Shown: piece by piece, positions 17,661 to 27,633 of the stretch | Layout: each line of letters starts with the position of its first letter | How positions within the stretch are numbered: position 1 is the first letter of the stretch | Origin: Acidiferrobacteraceae bacterium | GTDB lineage: Bacteria > Pseudomonadota > Gammaproteobacteria > Acidiferrobacterales > SZUA-150 | Direction: 5' to 3' | NCBI GenBank assembly: GCA_003228915.1 | Contig: QIGL01000102.1 | Coordinates: 3,519-67,518, forward strand | Length of the DNA stretch: 64,000 nucleotides | Notes under the pieces: generated by a model | Told to the model about the DNA's origin: nothing | The model's database searches: none | The model's input: only the letters and a program-made list of their open reading frames with translations | Translations under genes and position numbers: made by a program

Positions 17661-18701
17661 ATGAGACCGGCACACATACTTGCAGTTTTGGAGCGGGAGT
17701 TTACGAGTACACTGGAAGGCCACCATACCCCGGTCATGCTTTGGGGTCCACCCGGTGTTGGTAAATCACAGATGGTTATTGAGGTAGCCAACAAACACGA
17801 CAAACCCGTGATTGATATTCGTCTTTCACAAATGGAGCCAACTGATTTGCGTGGCATCCCCTTTCGCTCTGATCAAGGTGTGGAATGGGCCGTGCCAGTA
17901 ATATTGCCCGATGCAGAACGCCACGGGCCCGAAGGTATTTTATTTCTTGATGAAATTACCTCGGCTGCACCTACCGTGTCGGCGGCGGCTTATCAACTCA
18001 TTCTCGACCGTCGCCTGGGTGAATACCAGGTACCTGACGGCTGGGCAATTTTTGCTGCCGGTAATCGACAGGGTGATCGTGGTGTCACCTACGCCATGCC
18101 GGCACCACTGGCGAATCGATTTTCTCACTTTGAGGTAGATACCCACCTGGATGACTGGGTGGCCTGGGCGTATGCCCATCAAATTGATGAGCGTGTGATT
18201 GCTTTTTTACGTTTCCGGCCAGAGCTTTTGTTTGATTTTGACCCGGCCCATAATCCCGTGGCTTTTCCTTCTCCTCGTTCCTGGGAGTTTGCCCACCGGG
18301 CATTGCAAAAATTTACTGGTGGTAATTTATTGTTGGAGTCAATACAGGCTTGTGTCGGCCCGGCTGCCGGTATCGAGTTAAATGCCTTTATTGATAATCT
18401 CGATAACCTGCCAGATATTGACGCTATCGTACAAGGTGAAGAAGCCTCGGTGCCAAAAGAAACTGACTTACAGTATGCCGTGGCTGCAGCGCTGGTCGGT
18501 CGCGCTATCCGGGTAAAAGATAATGGCCAGTCACAAGAAGTGTTTGGCCATATTCTTGATTACGCAGGCCGTTTCCCGCAACGGGAAATGGGCGTAATGC
18601 TGGTATCGGATATGCACCGGGCAGTTGGTCAGCCGCTTTTTGAAGTGCCCCAATTTACCAACTGGGCGAAAAAGATTGCTGATGTCATGTTGTTCGAGTA
18701 A
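17661..18701 (+). CDS. MoxR-like AAA+ ATPase (AAA_5 type)
   Basis: Walker A GPPGVGKS, Walker B ILFLDEIT, 346 aa; followed by a VWA gene. Confidence 0.85.
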   Translation: MRPAHILAVLEREFTSTLEGHHTPVMLWGPPGVGKSQMVIEVANKHDKPVIDIRLSQMEPTDLRGIPFRSDQGVEWAVPVILPDAERHGPEGILFLDEITSAAPTVSAAAYQLILDRRLGEYQVPDGWAIFAAGNRQGDRGVTYAMPAPLANRFSHFEVDTHLDDWVAWAYAHQIDERVIAFLRFRPELLFDFDPAHNPVAFPSPRSWEFAHRALQKFTGGNLLLESIQACVGPAAGIELNAFIDNLDNLPDIDAIVQGEEASVPKETDLQYAVAAALVGRAIRVKDNGQSQEVFGHILDYAGRFPQREMGVMLVSDMHRAVGQPLFEVPQFTNWAKKIADVMLFE

Positions 18702-18727
18702 TTGTTCGAGTAATCGACATAACCGAC

Positions 18728-20029
18728 ATGTCTCATGATACCGAAACAAAACTGGCCGCAGCCCGCACCCGGTTAATACTGGACAAGCCTTTTCTCGGCG
18801 CCCTGGTGTTACGATTACCATTAAAACTGGCGGACCCTGACTGGTGTCAGACAGTGGCCACGGATGCCCGTCATTTTTATTACAACAAAAGCTACATCGA
18901 CTCACTGTCCCTGGATCAGACCCAGTTCGTCCTGGCCCACGAAGCAATGCATTGTGCCCTGTCACATTTTGCCCGGCGCCAGCACCGGGTAAAAAAACGC
19001 TGGGACGTGGCCTGTGATTTTGCTATCAACCCATTACTCATCAATGATGGCCTCATTCCCGCGCCCAATGTTTTGTACATGAAAGAATATGAAGACATGA
19101 CTGCGGAAGAAATTTACCCGCTGATTGATGAGAATACCGAAGACGGCCCAATGGATGATCATTTATATGATGAGGGTGAAGGCGGAAATAACGGTGAAGG
19201 TTCGCAGCCACCGCCAAAACAGGCACAGCAAGATGAACAACAACAACCGCAAGGTGGTGACCAACACCATGACGAACGCCCCAATGATAATGATGATCAA
19301 AATGAAGGCGGGGGAAATGGCGGCAACAATGATGAAAATCAAACCAACCAAAATAATACCACCGGGGCCGCTAAACCACCGCCGCTGAACCAGAATGAAA
19401 TTGAGCAACTGGGCGTACAGTGGCAACAACGACTGGCCGGTGCCGCCCAACAGGCGCAACAAGCAGGCAAACTGGGTGGTAACATGGCGCGCCTGGTTGA
19501 TCATTTACTGCAACCACAATTACCCTGGCGCATGTTGTTATCACGCTATATGAATTACTCGGCCCGTGATGACTACAGCTTTACCCGCCCTTCCAGTCGA
19601 CGCCAGGGCGATGCCATCCTGCCCAGCCTGCATAGTGCCCAGGTCGAAGTAACCGTTATACTCGATACCAGCGGCTCGATTGGCCAAAAAGAAATGCACG
19701 AATTTTTATCTGAAGTTGATGCGCTCAAAGGGCAGATGCGGGCCCGGGTGACGCTTCAGGCCTGTGATGAAAAACTGGCCGATGATGGCCCCTGGCACTA
19801 TGAACCCTGGGACGAATTAAAATTACCGGCCTCCCTGCAAGGTGGTGGTGGTACACGTTTTACGCCGGCCTTTGAATGGGCAGAGCAACAGGACAAACTC
19901 CCGGACCTGATGCTTTATTTTACCGATGCCGAAGGCGAGTTCCCGGAAAACACACCGAACTTTCCGGTGATATGGCTGGTAAAGGGAAAAGCAAAAGTAC
20001 CCTTTGGCACCAGGATTCAGTTAAATTAA
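18728..20029 (+). CDS. VWA-domain protein with N-terminal HExxH metallopeptidase-like domain (DUF2201-like architecture)
   Basis: LAHEAMHCALSH (HExxH); MIDAS-like VILDTSGSI; long Q/N/D/G-rich linker between the domains. Confidence 0.75.
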   Translation: MSHDTETKLAAARTRLILDKPFLGALVLRLPLKLADPDWCQTVATDARHFYYNKSYIDSLSLDQTQFVLAHEAMHCALSHFARRQHRVKKRWDVACDFAINPLLINDGLIPAPNVLYMKEYEDMTAEEIYPLIDENTEDGPMDDHLYDEGEGGNNGEGSQPPPKQAQQDEQQQPQGGDQHHDERPNDNDDQNEGGGNGGNNDENQTNQNNTTGAAKPPPLNQNEIEQLGVQWQQRLAGAAQQAQQAGKLGGNMARLVDHLLQPQLPWRMLLSRYMNYSARDDYSFTRPSSRRQGDAILPSLHSAQVEVTVILDTSGSIGQKEMHEFLSEVDALKGQMRARVTLQACDEKLADDGPWHYEPWDELKLPASLQGGGGTRFTPAFEWAEQQDKLPDLMLYFTDAEGEFPENTPNFPVIWLVKGKAKVPFGTRIQLN

Positions 20030-20045
20030 TTAAAATAATATCATC

Positions 20046-21197
20046 ATGGAACTGTCACACGAAGATCAATTGCGACTCAATGTTTTACTAGCCAATCCCT
20101 TCGATGCCATACGCATTGATGATTCGCGCATGGTTGTTTATGCCCTGACCGGTGAAACCGAAGCGAAAATTCCGCTTAATCCCACTGGTCGCAACGATAT
20201 CTATTTAAAACAGGTCAGGGAATTGTTATCAGGTCATGCCCTGGGTTCGCCAGGGGGTTACCCGATTTACCTGAAACGATGGACACGCATGGGGCAGGCA
20301 CGAGATGATAATTTATCGGAGTTACTCAAACTGGGTGAGCCAGAAGCCGTCACCGCGGTGTCCGGTGCCAGTGGTTTAACCAACGAACTTGCTCGCCGTG
20401 TCTGGTGGGCAAACCCTTGTGCCGCTATTGCTCGTAGTATGCTGGAGAAAGAAGCGGTTATTACTGGTCCCATGGGTAAAATCCTGGCCCGGTATCTAGT
20501 GGAATTTTTGCCCTTTGAAACTGAATCAGAACTCATGATTGATTCGGTTCGCCTGGTATTACAGCCCGACCTGATTGATGACCAAACCCGGGAGCACCTG
20601 TGGGCCAAAGGCAAACAAAAACGAGCTTACCATATTGGTTTTTTGGCAGCACAGCCCAATAATTTGCCAGAACCACAACCTGCAAGAGCAGATATAAACC
20701 AATATAGTGACACCCTAATACAGGCAGGCGAAAATAATAATAATTTTGCCACGCTTCTCATCAAGCTGCTTGGCAAGGATGGCCAGTCATTCCTGGCTAT
20801 CGCTGAATCAATATTAAAAAAACCTGCCAATCAAGATGATGTCGTGATACTGCTAAATACACTGAAAAAATATTTTTCAGACGCCTGCATAAATCAAGAC
20901 AAGTGCCAGGACATAGAAAAAATTATGTCTGAAAGTGCGATCTTGTGTGAACAAAAAGAAACCACTCAAGCTAACAACGACCATCACCATAATAATCTGG
21001 CTACCATGTTGGCCAACCAACCAAATCTCAAAAATGAAATACATGCCATGCTGGTACTGGCTCGCTGCGACGAAGCCGTGGTTACACCCGTATTCGCCAG
21101 GACAACTGCCATTGGTACGGTCATGCGAAAAAAACTGGTGCCAATTACTGACCAACTACTTGTCATGTTTTCGCACTTACGAACGCCCAATTCGTAA
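20046..21197 (+). CDS. Conserved-looking hypothetical protein (383 aa); possibly DsrS-like, unverified
   Basis: 16 nt after the VWA gene. The size and N-terminus (MELSHEDQLRLNVLLANP) remind me of proteins annotated DsrS in sulfur oxidisers, but this is unverified recollection. Confidence 0.5.
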   Translation: MELSHEDQLRLNVLLANPFDAIRIDDSRMVVYALTGETEAKIPLNPTGRNDIYLKQVRELLSGHALGSPGGYPIYLKRWTRMGQARDDNLSELLKLGEPEAVTAVSGASGLTNELARRVWWANPCAAIARSMLEKEAVITGPMGKILARYLVEFLPFETESELMIDSVRLVLQPDLIDDQTREHLWAKGKQKRAYHIGFLAAQPNNLPEPQPARADINQYSDTLIQAGENNNNFATLLIKLLGKDGQSFLAIAESILKKPANQDDVVILLNTLKKYFSDACINQDKCQDIEKIMSESAILCEQKETTQANNDHHHNNLATMLANQPNLKNEIHAMLVLARCDEAVVTPVFARTTAIGTVMRKKLVPITDQLLVMFSHLRTPNS

Positions 21198-21198
21198 C

Positions 21199-21747
21199 AT
21201 GGCCGGCATCGCCATCATCAAAGTTTCGCTCACTGTCAATACCGTGTTATCGACAGAAACATTAATACAGGAATTTGGTGAATTAGCATTAGGCATGGGG
21301 CCAAGCTTGTCTGAACAGGTAAATCGTTATGCCCAGGAAAACAAGCTGGGTTATTATCCGGCGCTGGATTTTTTTAAACAAAACCAGGGTGTCGACCAGG
21401 AACTACTGGACACTGCCGAACACATAAGCTGGCTGGTTTGTGAATGGGCCCAGCGCCAGATAAGGCTTCGACTTCGAGAACCATTTTCTCACGTACAATT
21501 TGACCAGGTACAATCTGTGGCCTACTCCATGCCCAGGGTGCGCCCCAGCATGGCCGGGGCACAGGAATTATTATCAGAACATTTCACGCCAGATTCAGTC
21601 CGCCTGACCGTGATCACCTCGTCAATCGAGAGGTCGAATATTAACCTGGCGGGATATGAAAAACTCGCTGTCCACAAGTTCCGACGCTGGTTAGATACTG
21701 TTTTCGAGAGCATTAAAATTAGTGATGCCCACGTCATCAACAGCTAA
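21199..21747 (+). CDS. Hypothetical protein (182 aa; start at the internal ATG at 21199)
   Basis: ATG lies 1 nt after the upstream stop (taacATG). The longer ORF from 20935 would overlap the preceding gene by 263 nt. Confidence 0.5.
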   Translation: MAGIAIIKVSLTVNTVLSTETLIQEFGELALGMGPSLSEQVNRYAQENKLGYYPALDFFKQNQGVDQELLDTAEHISWLVCEWAQRQIRLRLREPFSHVQFDQVQSVAYSMPRVRPSMAGAQELLSEHFTPDSVRLTVITSSIERSNINLAGYEKLAVHKFRRWLDTVFESIKISDAHVINS

Positions 21748-21756
21748 ACCCGGGCA

Positions 21757-21784
21757 CTTGAAATATCTCCAGGCAGCCCCAATA
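21757..21784 (+). promoter_or_regulatory. Sigma-32 (RpoH)-type heat-shock promoter of htpG
   Basis: CTTGAAA (21757-21763), 13-nt spacer, CCCCAATA (21777-21784), against consensus CTTGAAA-N13-15-CCCCATNT; about 85 nt upstream of the htpG ATG. Confidence 0.6.
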
Positions 21785-21867
21785 GAATCAGTCTGAATAA
21801 TCAACTTTATACTTAAAAACTACACTCTTAACTCTTATTTTCAAAATACCTATTCGCAGGAGCCTTC

Positions 21868-23784
21868 ATGACCACAGATACACATAAAGAAACCCTTGGT
21901 TTCGAAACCGAAGTTACCCAGTTGCTGGATCTGATGATCCACTCATTGTACAGCAATAAAGAAATCTTCCTGCGAGAACTTATCTCCAATGCCTCAGATG
22001 CTGCTGATAAACTCCGTTTTGAGGCCCTGACCGACGATGCCCTGTTTGCGGGTGATTCAGATTTGCAGATTCTTGTCGATTACGACAAAAAGAAAAATAC
22101 CATCACGATCAGGGACAACGGTATCGGCATGACCCGTGCTGAAGTCATTGACAATATTGGCACCATTGCCAAATCCGGCACCCGCCAGTTTTTTCAGTCC
22201 CTGACCGGCGACGAGGCCAAAGATGCCAAGCTCATTGGTCAATTTGGTGTTGGTTTTTATTCCTCTTTTATCGTAGCTGACAAAGTTACATTAAGCACAC
22301 GACGTGCCGGCCTGGGGCCTGAACATGGCGTGCGCTGGAGTTCCGAAGGCAAGGGCAAGTACACACTGGAAACCGTTGATCTCGATCATCGTGGTACCGA
22401 AGTTACCCTGCATCTGAAAAAAGAGGCCAGCGATTTTGCAGACGGCTGGCGCCTGCGCAATATCATCAGCAAGTACTCTGATCATATTACCTTGCCGATC
22501 AAGATGGTAACTGAAAGTGAAGATTCAAAAAAAGAAGAAAAAAGTAAAGAGGATGAAAAGAAGCTCGAAACAGTAAACCGCGCCTCCGCTTTATGGACCC
22601 GTCCCAAAAAAGAAATTAAAGACGAAGAGTACAAGGAATTTTATAAACATGTTGCCCACGATTTTGAAGACCCCCTGGTATGGTCTCATAACCGGGTAGA
22701 AGGCAAACAGGAATACACTTCCCTGCTTTACATCCCGGCCCGCGCCCAATTTGATCTCTGGGACAGGAATAGCCGTCATGGCATAAAATTGTATGTCCAG
22801 CGTGTTTTTATTATGGATGATGCTGAGCAGCTTATGCCCACTTATTTGCGTTTTGTTCGTGGCGTAATTGACTCCAGCGATCTGCCTTTGAATGTTTCCC
22901 GTGAAATACTACAGGAAAGTCGGGAGATTGACGGTATTCGTGCCGGTTCAGTGAAAAAAGTTCTGGATAGCCTGAAGAATATGGCCAGAAAAAAACCGGA
23001 AGATTATGAAAAATTCTGGAATGAATTTGGTACCGTTTTGAAAGAGGGTCTTGCCGAAGATCAGAATAACAACAAAACACTGGCCAAACTTTTACGATTT
23101 GCCAGCACCAAAGACGATATTGAAAAACAAAATGTCTCCCTGGATGAATATATCGAGCGAATGAATAAAGAGCAGGAAAAGATCTATTACATTACTGCTG
23201 AAACCTTTGCTGCGGCAAAAAATAGCCCACACCTTGAAATTTTCAGGAAAAAAGGGATTGAGGTCTTATTATTAACCGATCGTGTTGACGAGTGGATGTT
23301 GTCTGGCCTGTCTGAATACGAAGACAAAAAACTGCACTCGGTATCCAAGGGCGATCTGGATCTTGGTGACCTGGAAGACAAAGAAGAAAAAAAGAAGCAA
23401 GAGGCGTCAGCTGAAGAATTTAAAAAAATAACTGATAGCATTAAGGCGGCACTGGGCGACAAGGTTAAAGATGTACGCGTTACCCACCGGCTCACTGACT
23501 CACCTTCATGCCTGGTATCAGAGGAACATGAAATGGGCGCTAACATGGAGCGCATTCTAAAAGCAGCCGGCCAGGATTTTAGCTCTGCCAAACCAATTTT
23601 GGAGATTAATCCCGAACACCCATTAACGAAAAAATTTGACAATGAGGCTGATGATAAAAGGTTAGCCGACTGGGCAAATATTCTTTTCGACCAGGCATTA
23701 TTAAGCGAAGGCGGTCAACTTGATGATCCAGCTGCTTTTGTGAAAAGGCTTAATAAACTGTTACTGGAAATAGATAAAAAGTAA
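21868..23784 (+). CDS. htpG: Molecular chaperone HtpG (Hsp90)
   Basis: 638 aa; [17 protein letters not shown] and GQFGVGFYS signatures. Confidence 0.95.
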   Translation: MTTDTHKETLGFETEVTQLLDLMIHSLYSNKEIFLRELISNASDAADKLRFEALTDDALFAGDSDLQILVDYDKKKNTITIRDNGIGMTRAEVIDNIGTIAKSGTRQFFQSLTGDEAKDAKLIGQFGVGFYSSFIVADKVTLSTRRAGLGPEHGVRWSSEGKGKYTLETVDLDHRGTEVTLHLKKEASDFADGWRLRNIISKYSDHITLPIKMVTESEDSKKEEKSKEDEKKLETVNRASALWTRPKKEIKDEEYKEFYKHVAHDFEDPLVWSHNRVEGKQEYTSLLYIPARAQFDLWDRNSRHGIKLYVQRVFIMDDAEQLMPTYLRFVRGVIDSSDLPLNVSREILQESREIDGIRAGSVKKVLDSLKNMARKKPEDYEKFWNEFGTVLKEGLAEDQNNNKTLAKLLRFASTKDDIEKQNVSLDEYIERMNKEQEKIYYITAETFAAAKNSPHLEIFRKKGIEVLLLTDRVDEWMLSGLSEYEDKKLHSVSKGDLDLGDLEDKEEKKKQEASAEEFKKITDSIKAALGDKVKDVRVTHRLTDSPSCLVSEEHEMGANMERILKAAGQDFSSAKPILEINPEHPLTKKFDNEADDKRLADWANILFDQALLSEGGQLDDPAAFVKRLNKLLLEIDKK

Positions 23785-23813
23785 AGTAATGAATTGCTTG
23801 ATCAATTATTTAA

Positions 23814-24128
23814 TTACTTATCTTTTTTTCGGATTTTAATATCGCTGATTGGCACAACGACGGTATCTGAAGGCTCATCAATAAATCCGGGCTTCATGCT
23901 GGCAGTGATGTTACTGTCAGCAAATAATTCTTGTTCCCGCGAGGTCAGCAGCATCAGACACTGACGAATATCTTCCTGGGTTAATTCTGACAAAGGATGT
24001 TTTAGTCCGGGTTTGGTCGTTGTGTCCTTAATTATGCCGGTCAAGGTTTGTTTCATGGCTTTTAAAACGCGCATTTCCTTGTCAGCGCTACCTGGCTCAT
24101 TACCCTTTGTGTCTGATGTGTCGCTCAT
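23814..24128 (-). CDS. Hypothetical protein (104 aa)
   Basis: ORF only; no family recognised. Confidence 0.4.
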   Translation of the reverse strand: MSDTSDTKGNEPGSADKEMRVLKAMKQTLTGIIKDTTTKPGLKHPLSELTQEDIRQCLMLLTSREQELFADSNITASMKPGFIDEPSDTVVVPISDIKIRKKDK

Positions 24129-24195
24129 TCATGCCCCTGTGATAATATAGAAATAATTTATATGTAAGAATAATACCTAACCATAAAAAAACATT

Positions 24196-24699
24196 CTACA
24201 TCAAGTCAATCATGATTGGTTGCAATATTTGGCGTAATACTGCCATAAATAAAACTGCACCCATCACAAATAGAATATCGCCGTAGCTCCAGGTGGAAAC
24301 AACCAGACCCAATGACAAGCCTGCTGCCGGGGCATGCTCTGTGTTTGTGATCACCATGCCAAAAATTGCACCCCCAACCGATAAAGCCGCGAAAATAATA
24401 AGCACGGTATCTGTCGAGACTGGTAACGACATCATCTCAGGTAACTGGGACAAGTAAAAAGATGTCGAGCCGACAACAATGCCAATGACATAACCGCCAA
24501 TTAATGGCCTGGGGCGTGAACCATAAGCGCGGGGCCGGGTAAAAACATGAAAGGCACTGGATCCCAGCACAGCAATGATTGCGATATGGGCCGTTATATC
24601 CATAAACAAGAGAATCAGGAGAATCGTAAGCGTCGCAAGCAGAGACTGGAAAATATATGCCCGTAAATTTGTTTTGACTTTTTTGTCAATTATATCCAT
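24196..24699 (-). CDS. HPP-family integral membrane protein
   Basis: 167 aa, four or more hydrophobic helices, PRPLIGGYVIG and NTEHAPAAG blocks resembling HPP-family motifs. Confidence 0.55.
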   Translation of the reverse strand: MDIIDKKVKTNLRAYIFQSLLATLTILLILLFMDITAHIAIIAVLGSSAFHVFTRPRAYGSRPRPLIGGYVIGIVVGSTSFYLSQLPEMMSLPVSTDTVLIIFAALSVGGAIFGMVITNTEHAPAAGLSLGLVVSTWSYGDILFVMGAVLFMAVLRQILQPIMIDLM

Positions 24700-24838
24700 G
24701 TAGTTTCCACTAAATTAACCCGATAATCATAAACCCGATTATCGAATGTTGCGGAAACAACTTACCGACAAAACCTGGACTTGGCAAATGATAGACGTGC
24801 GGGTTAAATACCCGAAAAATCAGATCAGGGTTGGTATT

Positions 24839-25471
24839 CTAAACATCTGAGCGGGCGAGCATCGCATAACGGCGTTTAAATTTCATTACCCGTTTTACAT
24901 ATCTCCTGGTTTCACGGTAGGGAGGAATACCTTTGTAACGCGTGACCGCACTTGGCCCGGCATTGTAAGCCGCTAACACCAGCTTGTGTTTGTTATTATA
25001 GCGTCCCATTAAATACTTAAGGTATTGGACGCCGGCTGAAACATTTTGCACGGGATCGTAAATATCTGTGACGCCATATTTTGCAGCCGTTTTTGGCATT
25101 AATTGCATTAAACCCGACGCCCCTTTTTTCGATGTCGCATAAGGGTTAAATGCCGATTCAACATGCATCACTGCCTTGACCAGTGCCGGGTCCAGGGCAT
25201 ACTCATTGGCAGTACGAATGATCAGGCGATCATAATAAGAAGGTCTGGAGCGAAATACCTGGCGACTGCTGCTGGCAGCCAGGGCACCAACACCACCGAT
25301 AGTTTTGCTGGCCCGGATTAGTTTGTAGTCACTACTCTTCAGCGCATGGTCACTAATAATCCGTGAGCCATCTGGCAATTGATACACGTAAATCGCGGCA
25401 TGGGCGCTGGGGACAACCCATACCAAACCCATAAAAAATCCTGTTAATAATGCTTTCCTGGCTTTGTTCAT
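24839..25471 (-). CDS. Secreted lytic transglycosylase (SLT domain)
   Basis: Signal peptide; VMHVESAFNPYATSKKGASGLMQLM catalytic-Glu motif; AYNAGP. Confidence 0.8.
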   Translation of the reverse strand: MNKARKALLTGFFMGLVWVVPSAHAAIYVYQLPDGSRIISDHALKSSDYKLIRASKTIGGVGALAASSSRQVFRSRPSYYDRLIIRTANEYALDPALVKAVMHVESAFNPYATSKKGASGLMQLMPKTAAKYGVTDIYDPVQNVSAGVQYLKYLMGRYNNKHKLVLAAYNAGPSAVTRYKGIPPYRETRRYVKRVMKFKRRYAMLARSDV

Positions 25472-25697
25472 TTTATTTTCCTAAGTTTATCCAGTCTCCA
25501 GGGAAACCTGCTGCAGGTATCATGCCAGTCTCTATACCCGTCATTAAATCGCCTGGTACATATAAGCCATTGATTTTTTATAGTACTTTGAATACTGGCT
25601 GGCAGAATAAAGTGCCACCACTGACAATTATTTCAAAAGGACAACAGGTTTGTGCCAGATTTGGTCCTCTTTCACAGTATAGCCCGGTTATTGACTG

Positions 25698-26843
25698 TTA
25701 CTTGTTGTCACCAGAACGAGACCATGCCTGGCTGTCTTCATCATGAATTTGATCCTCAAAGGGACGAAACACCAGCAATCGGGCAAAGGTAAAATTCAGT
25801 CCCAATCCGATTAAGACGCCAACCATGAGCGCATAAACATGATGTGCCTGGAAGAAAGGGACATACTCCGTCAGGACGACATAGGTTCCCCAGTTGAAAG
25901 CAAAACCAACCAGGGAGGTCAGGACAAAAGCCGGCCACTGGATGCGTTTCCTGGTTTTTTTACGATTGGAAAAAGTCAGCAGGCGGTTCCAGGCCCAGTT
26001 CCAGGATGCTGCCCCCCAAAAAGACATGCCACGGGCGAAAATATGCTGAATACCGAACAAGGATTGAAAGGCAAGATATAAAGACAAGTCGATAATAAAA
26101 CCTGTGGCGCCAACAAAAGCAAACTGAAAAAATTCTGACAAGAATGGAAAACGAAACTGGTAGAGCCTGCGCAAATGACGCAAGTACTTTACCTGTTCCT
26201 GCCAGGATAATTTACTTTCGCCATACTGGCGATCAATAAAATGTATTGCCACTTCGCCCGGTTGTTTGAATTCACCCTTGACCACCAGCTCCAGGCCAAT
26301 TTTATAACCGATGGGTGATAGCCGATGAGTTTCGGGCATATTGCTTTTGCGAAATGCAAAAAATCCGGACATGGGATCGCTAATGTGTGCAAGTGGTAAC
26401 GCCAGCCAGGTAGCCACAAGAGAATTAAAGCGACGGAAAAAACCCCAGTTCTCATCAAGTGAACCGCCTTTCACATAACGAGAACCGACAATAAAATCAT
26501 TCTGCCCGCTTTCCAGTTTGTCTATCATTTCTGGAATACGTTCAGCAGGATGAGACAAATCTGCATCCATCACGACTACAAATTCACCCACCGCCTGTTC
26601 AATACCACATACGACGGCAGTTGACAGGCCCCGTTCATTTTTTCTGACAATTATCCTGACCGGTATACTTGTTGCCAGTTGTTCAACTGCGGTCTCCGAA
26701 CCATCAGCGGAATTATCATCAACAAAAATTATCTCAAAATCAATTGCAGCAGCAGTCAAGGCATCACTAACCGCCCTGGTTATATGGGGTATGTTTTTAA
26801 CCTCTTTATAGGTTGGAATGACAACAGAAACTTTACAATACAT
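25698..26843 (-). CDS. Polyprenyl-phosphate glycosyltransferase (GT2, ArnC/DPM1-like) fused to a GtrA-like membrane domain
   Basis: VSVVIPTYKE, FVDDNSADGS, VVMDADLSHP motifs; C-terminal ~130 aa with four hydrophobic helices. Confidence 0.8.
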   Translation of the reverse strand: MYCKVSVVIPTYKEVKNIPHITRAVSDALTAAAIDFEIIFVDDNSADGSETAVEQLATSIPVRIIVRKNERGLSTAVVCGIEQAVGEFVVVMDADLSHPAERIPEMIDKLESGQNDFIVGSRYVKGGSLDENWGFFRRFNSLVATWLALPLAHISDPMSGFFAFRKSNMPETHRLSPIGYKIGLELVVKGEFKQPGEVAIHFIDRQYGESKLSWQEQVKYLRHLRRLYQFRFPFLSEFFQFAFVGATGFIIDLSLYLAFQSLFGIQHIFARGMSFWGAASWNWAWNRLLTFSNRKKTRKRIQWPAFVLTSLVGFAFNWGTYVVLTEYVPFFQAHHVYALMVGVLIGLGLNFTFARLLVFRPFEDQIHDEDSQAWSRSGDNK

Positions 26844-26847
26844 TATT

Positions 26848-27633
26848 CTATATTTTATTTGAAAGTAATAATCTTAATCCCGGTAATGATGCCAGTAAAC
26901 TTATAATTGCGATACTATATTGCATCAACATGGTTGAACCATGACCTGTATCTGGTCGTAACATTACCCAAAAAAAAGCTACTACGAGTAATATTGCAAC
27001 TGATAACTGGCCAGTTTTCGTTAAGCCCCATTGCCATCTGAAGACCAGGCGATCAGCAGCCACACCGGCCAGCCAGCCAAACAGCGCGCCAGCAGCAACA
27101 TCAAGCGGCCAATGGGCGCCCACTACCAAACGAGAATACCCAATCAGAACGACCAGTATCGTCGCTGGCAGGACCAGTAACATCGACACGCCGCGCAGCC
27201 AAAGTACACTCAAAATCGTAAAAGCTGCTGCGGTATGGCCAGAAGGGAAGCTTTTTTTCGACAATTCCGGCCCTATTACATAAACCGACTCTGGCCCCAG
27301 TACCGAAAACGGTCGAGGCAATCTCAGGCCATTTTTAAGCAATAATACAACAATGGTTGCCAGGATTGCGGCTAACACCATATGCCAGAGCAAGCGTGGG
27401 TTTTTCCCCACAAATGGCAGCAATAAAACTAATAAAATCGCGCTATCTCCCAACACGGTAATATGCAACCAAAAAAAGTCACCAAGAATTGGTTGGGCGG
27501 TATTGACCATGGCAAATAAAACCTTATTGCCGTTTATGCCGAGCACAATCAGGGATACCGCCGCCATTACCATGGGCAATAACCAGACACGGGCATCTCT
27601 CAAGGGCACAACGGTATCCTGTTTTTTACGCAT
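26848..27633 (-). CDS. PAP2-family lipid phosphatase (start moved to the ATG at 27633)
   Basis: PAP2 motifs KNGLRLPRP, PSGH, SRLVVGAHWPLD. The long ORF version would overlap the upstream gene by more than 300 nt; the trimmed version overlaps by 8 nt. Confidence 0.8.
   Translation of the reverse strand: MRKKQDTVVPLRDARVWLLPMVMAAVSLIVLGINGNKVLFAMVNTAQPILGDFFWLHITVLGDSAILLVLLLPFVGKNPRLLWHMVLAAILATIVVLLLKNGLRLPRPFSVLGPESVYVIGPELSKKSFPSGHTAAAFTILSVLWLRGVSMLLVLPATILVVLIGYSRLVVGAHWPLDVAAGALFGWLAGVAADRLVFRWQWGLTKTGQLSVAILLVVAFFWVMLRPDTGHGSTMLMQYSIAIISLLASLPGLRLLLSNKI

Noticed and set aside
20935-21198. N-terminal extension of the 182-aa protein (270-aa ORF version)
   Set aside because: The extension overlaps the end of the 383-aa gene in another frame and is Cys/Trp-rich nonsense. 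The ATG at 21199 sits 1 nt after the upstream stop.
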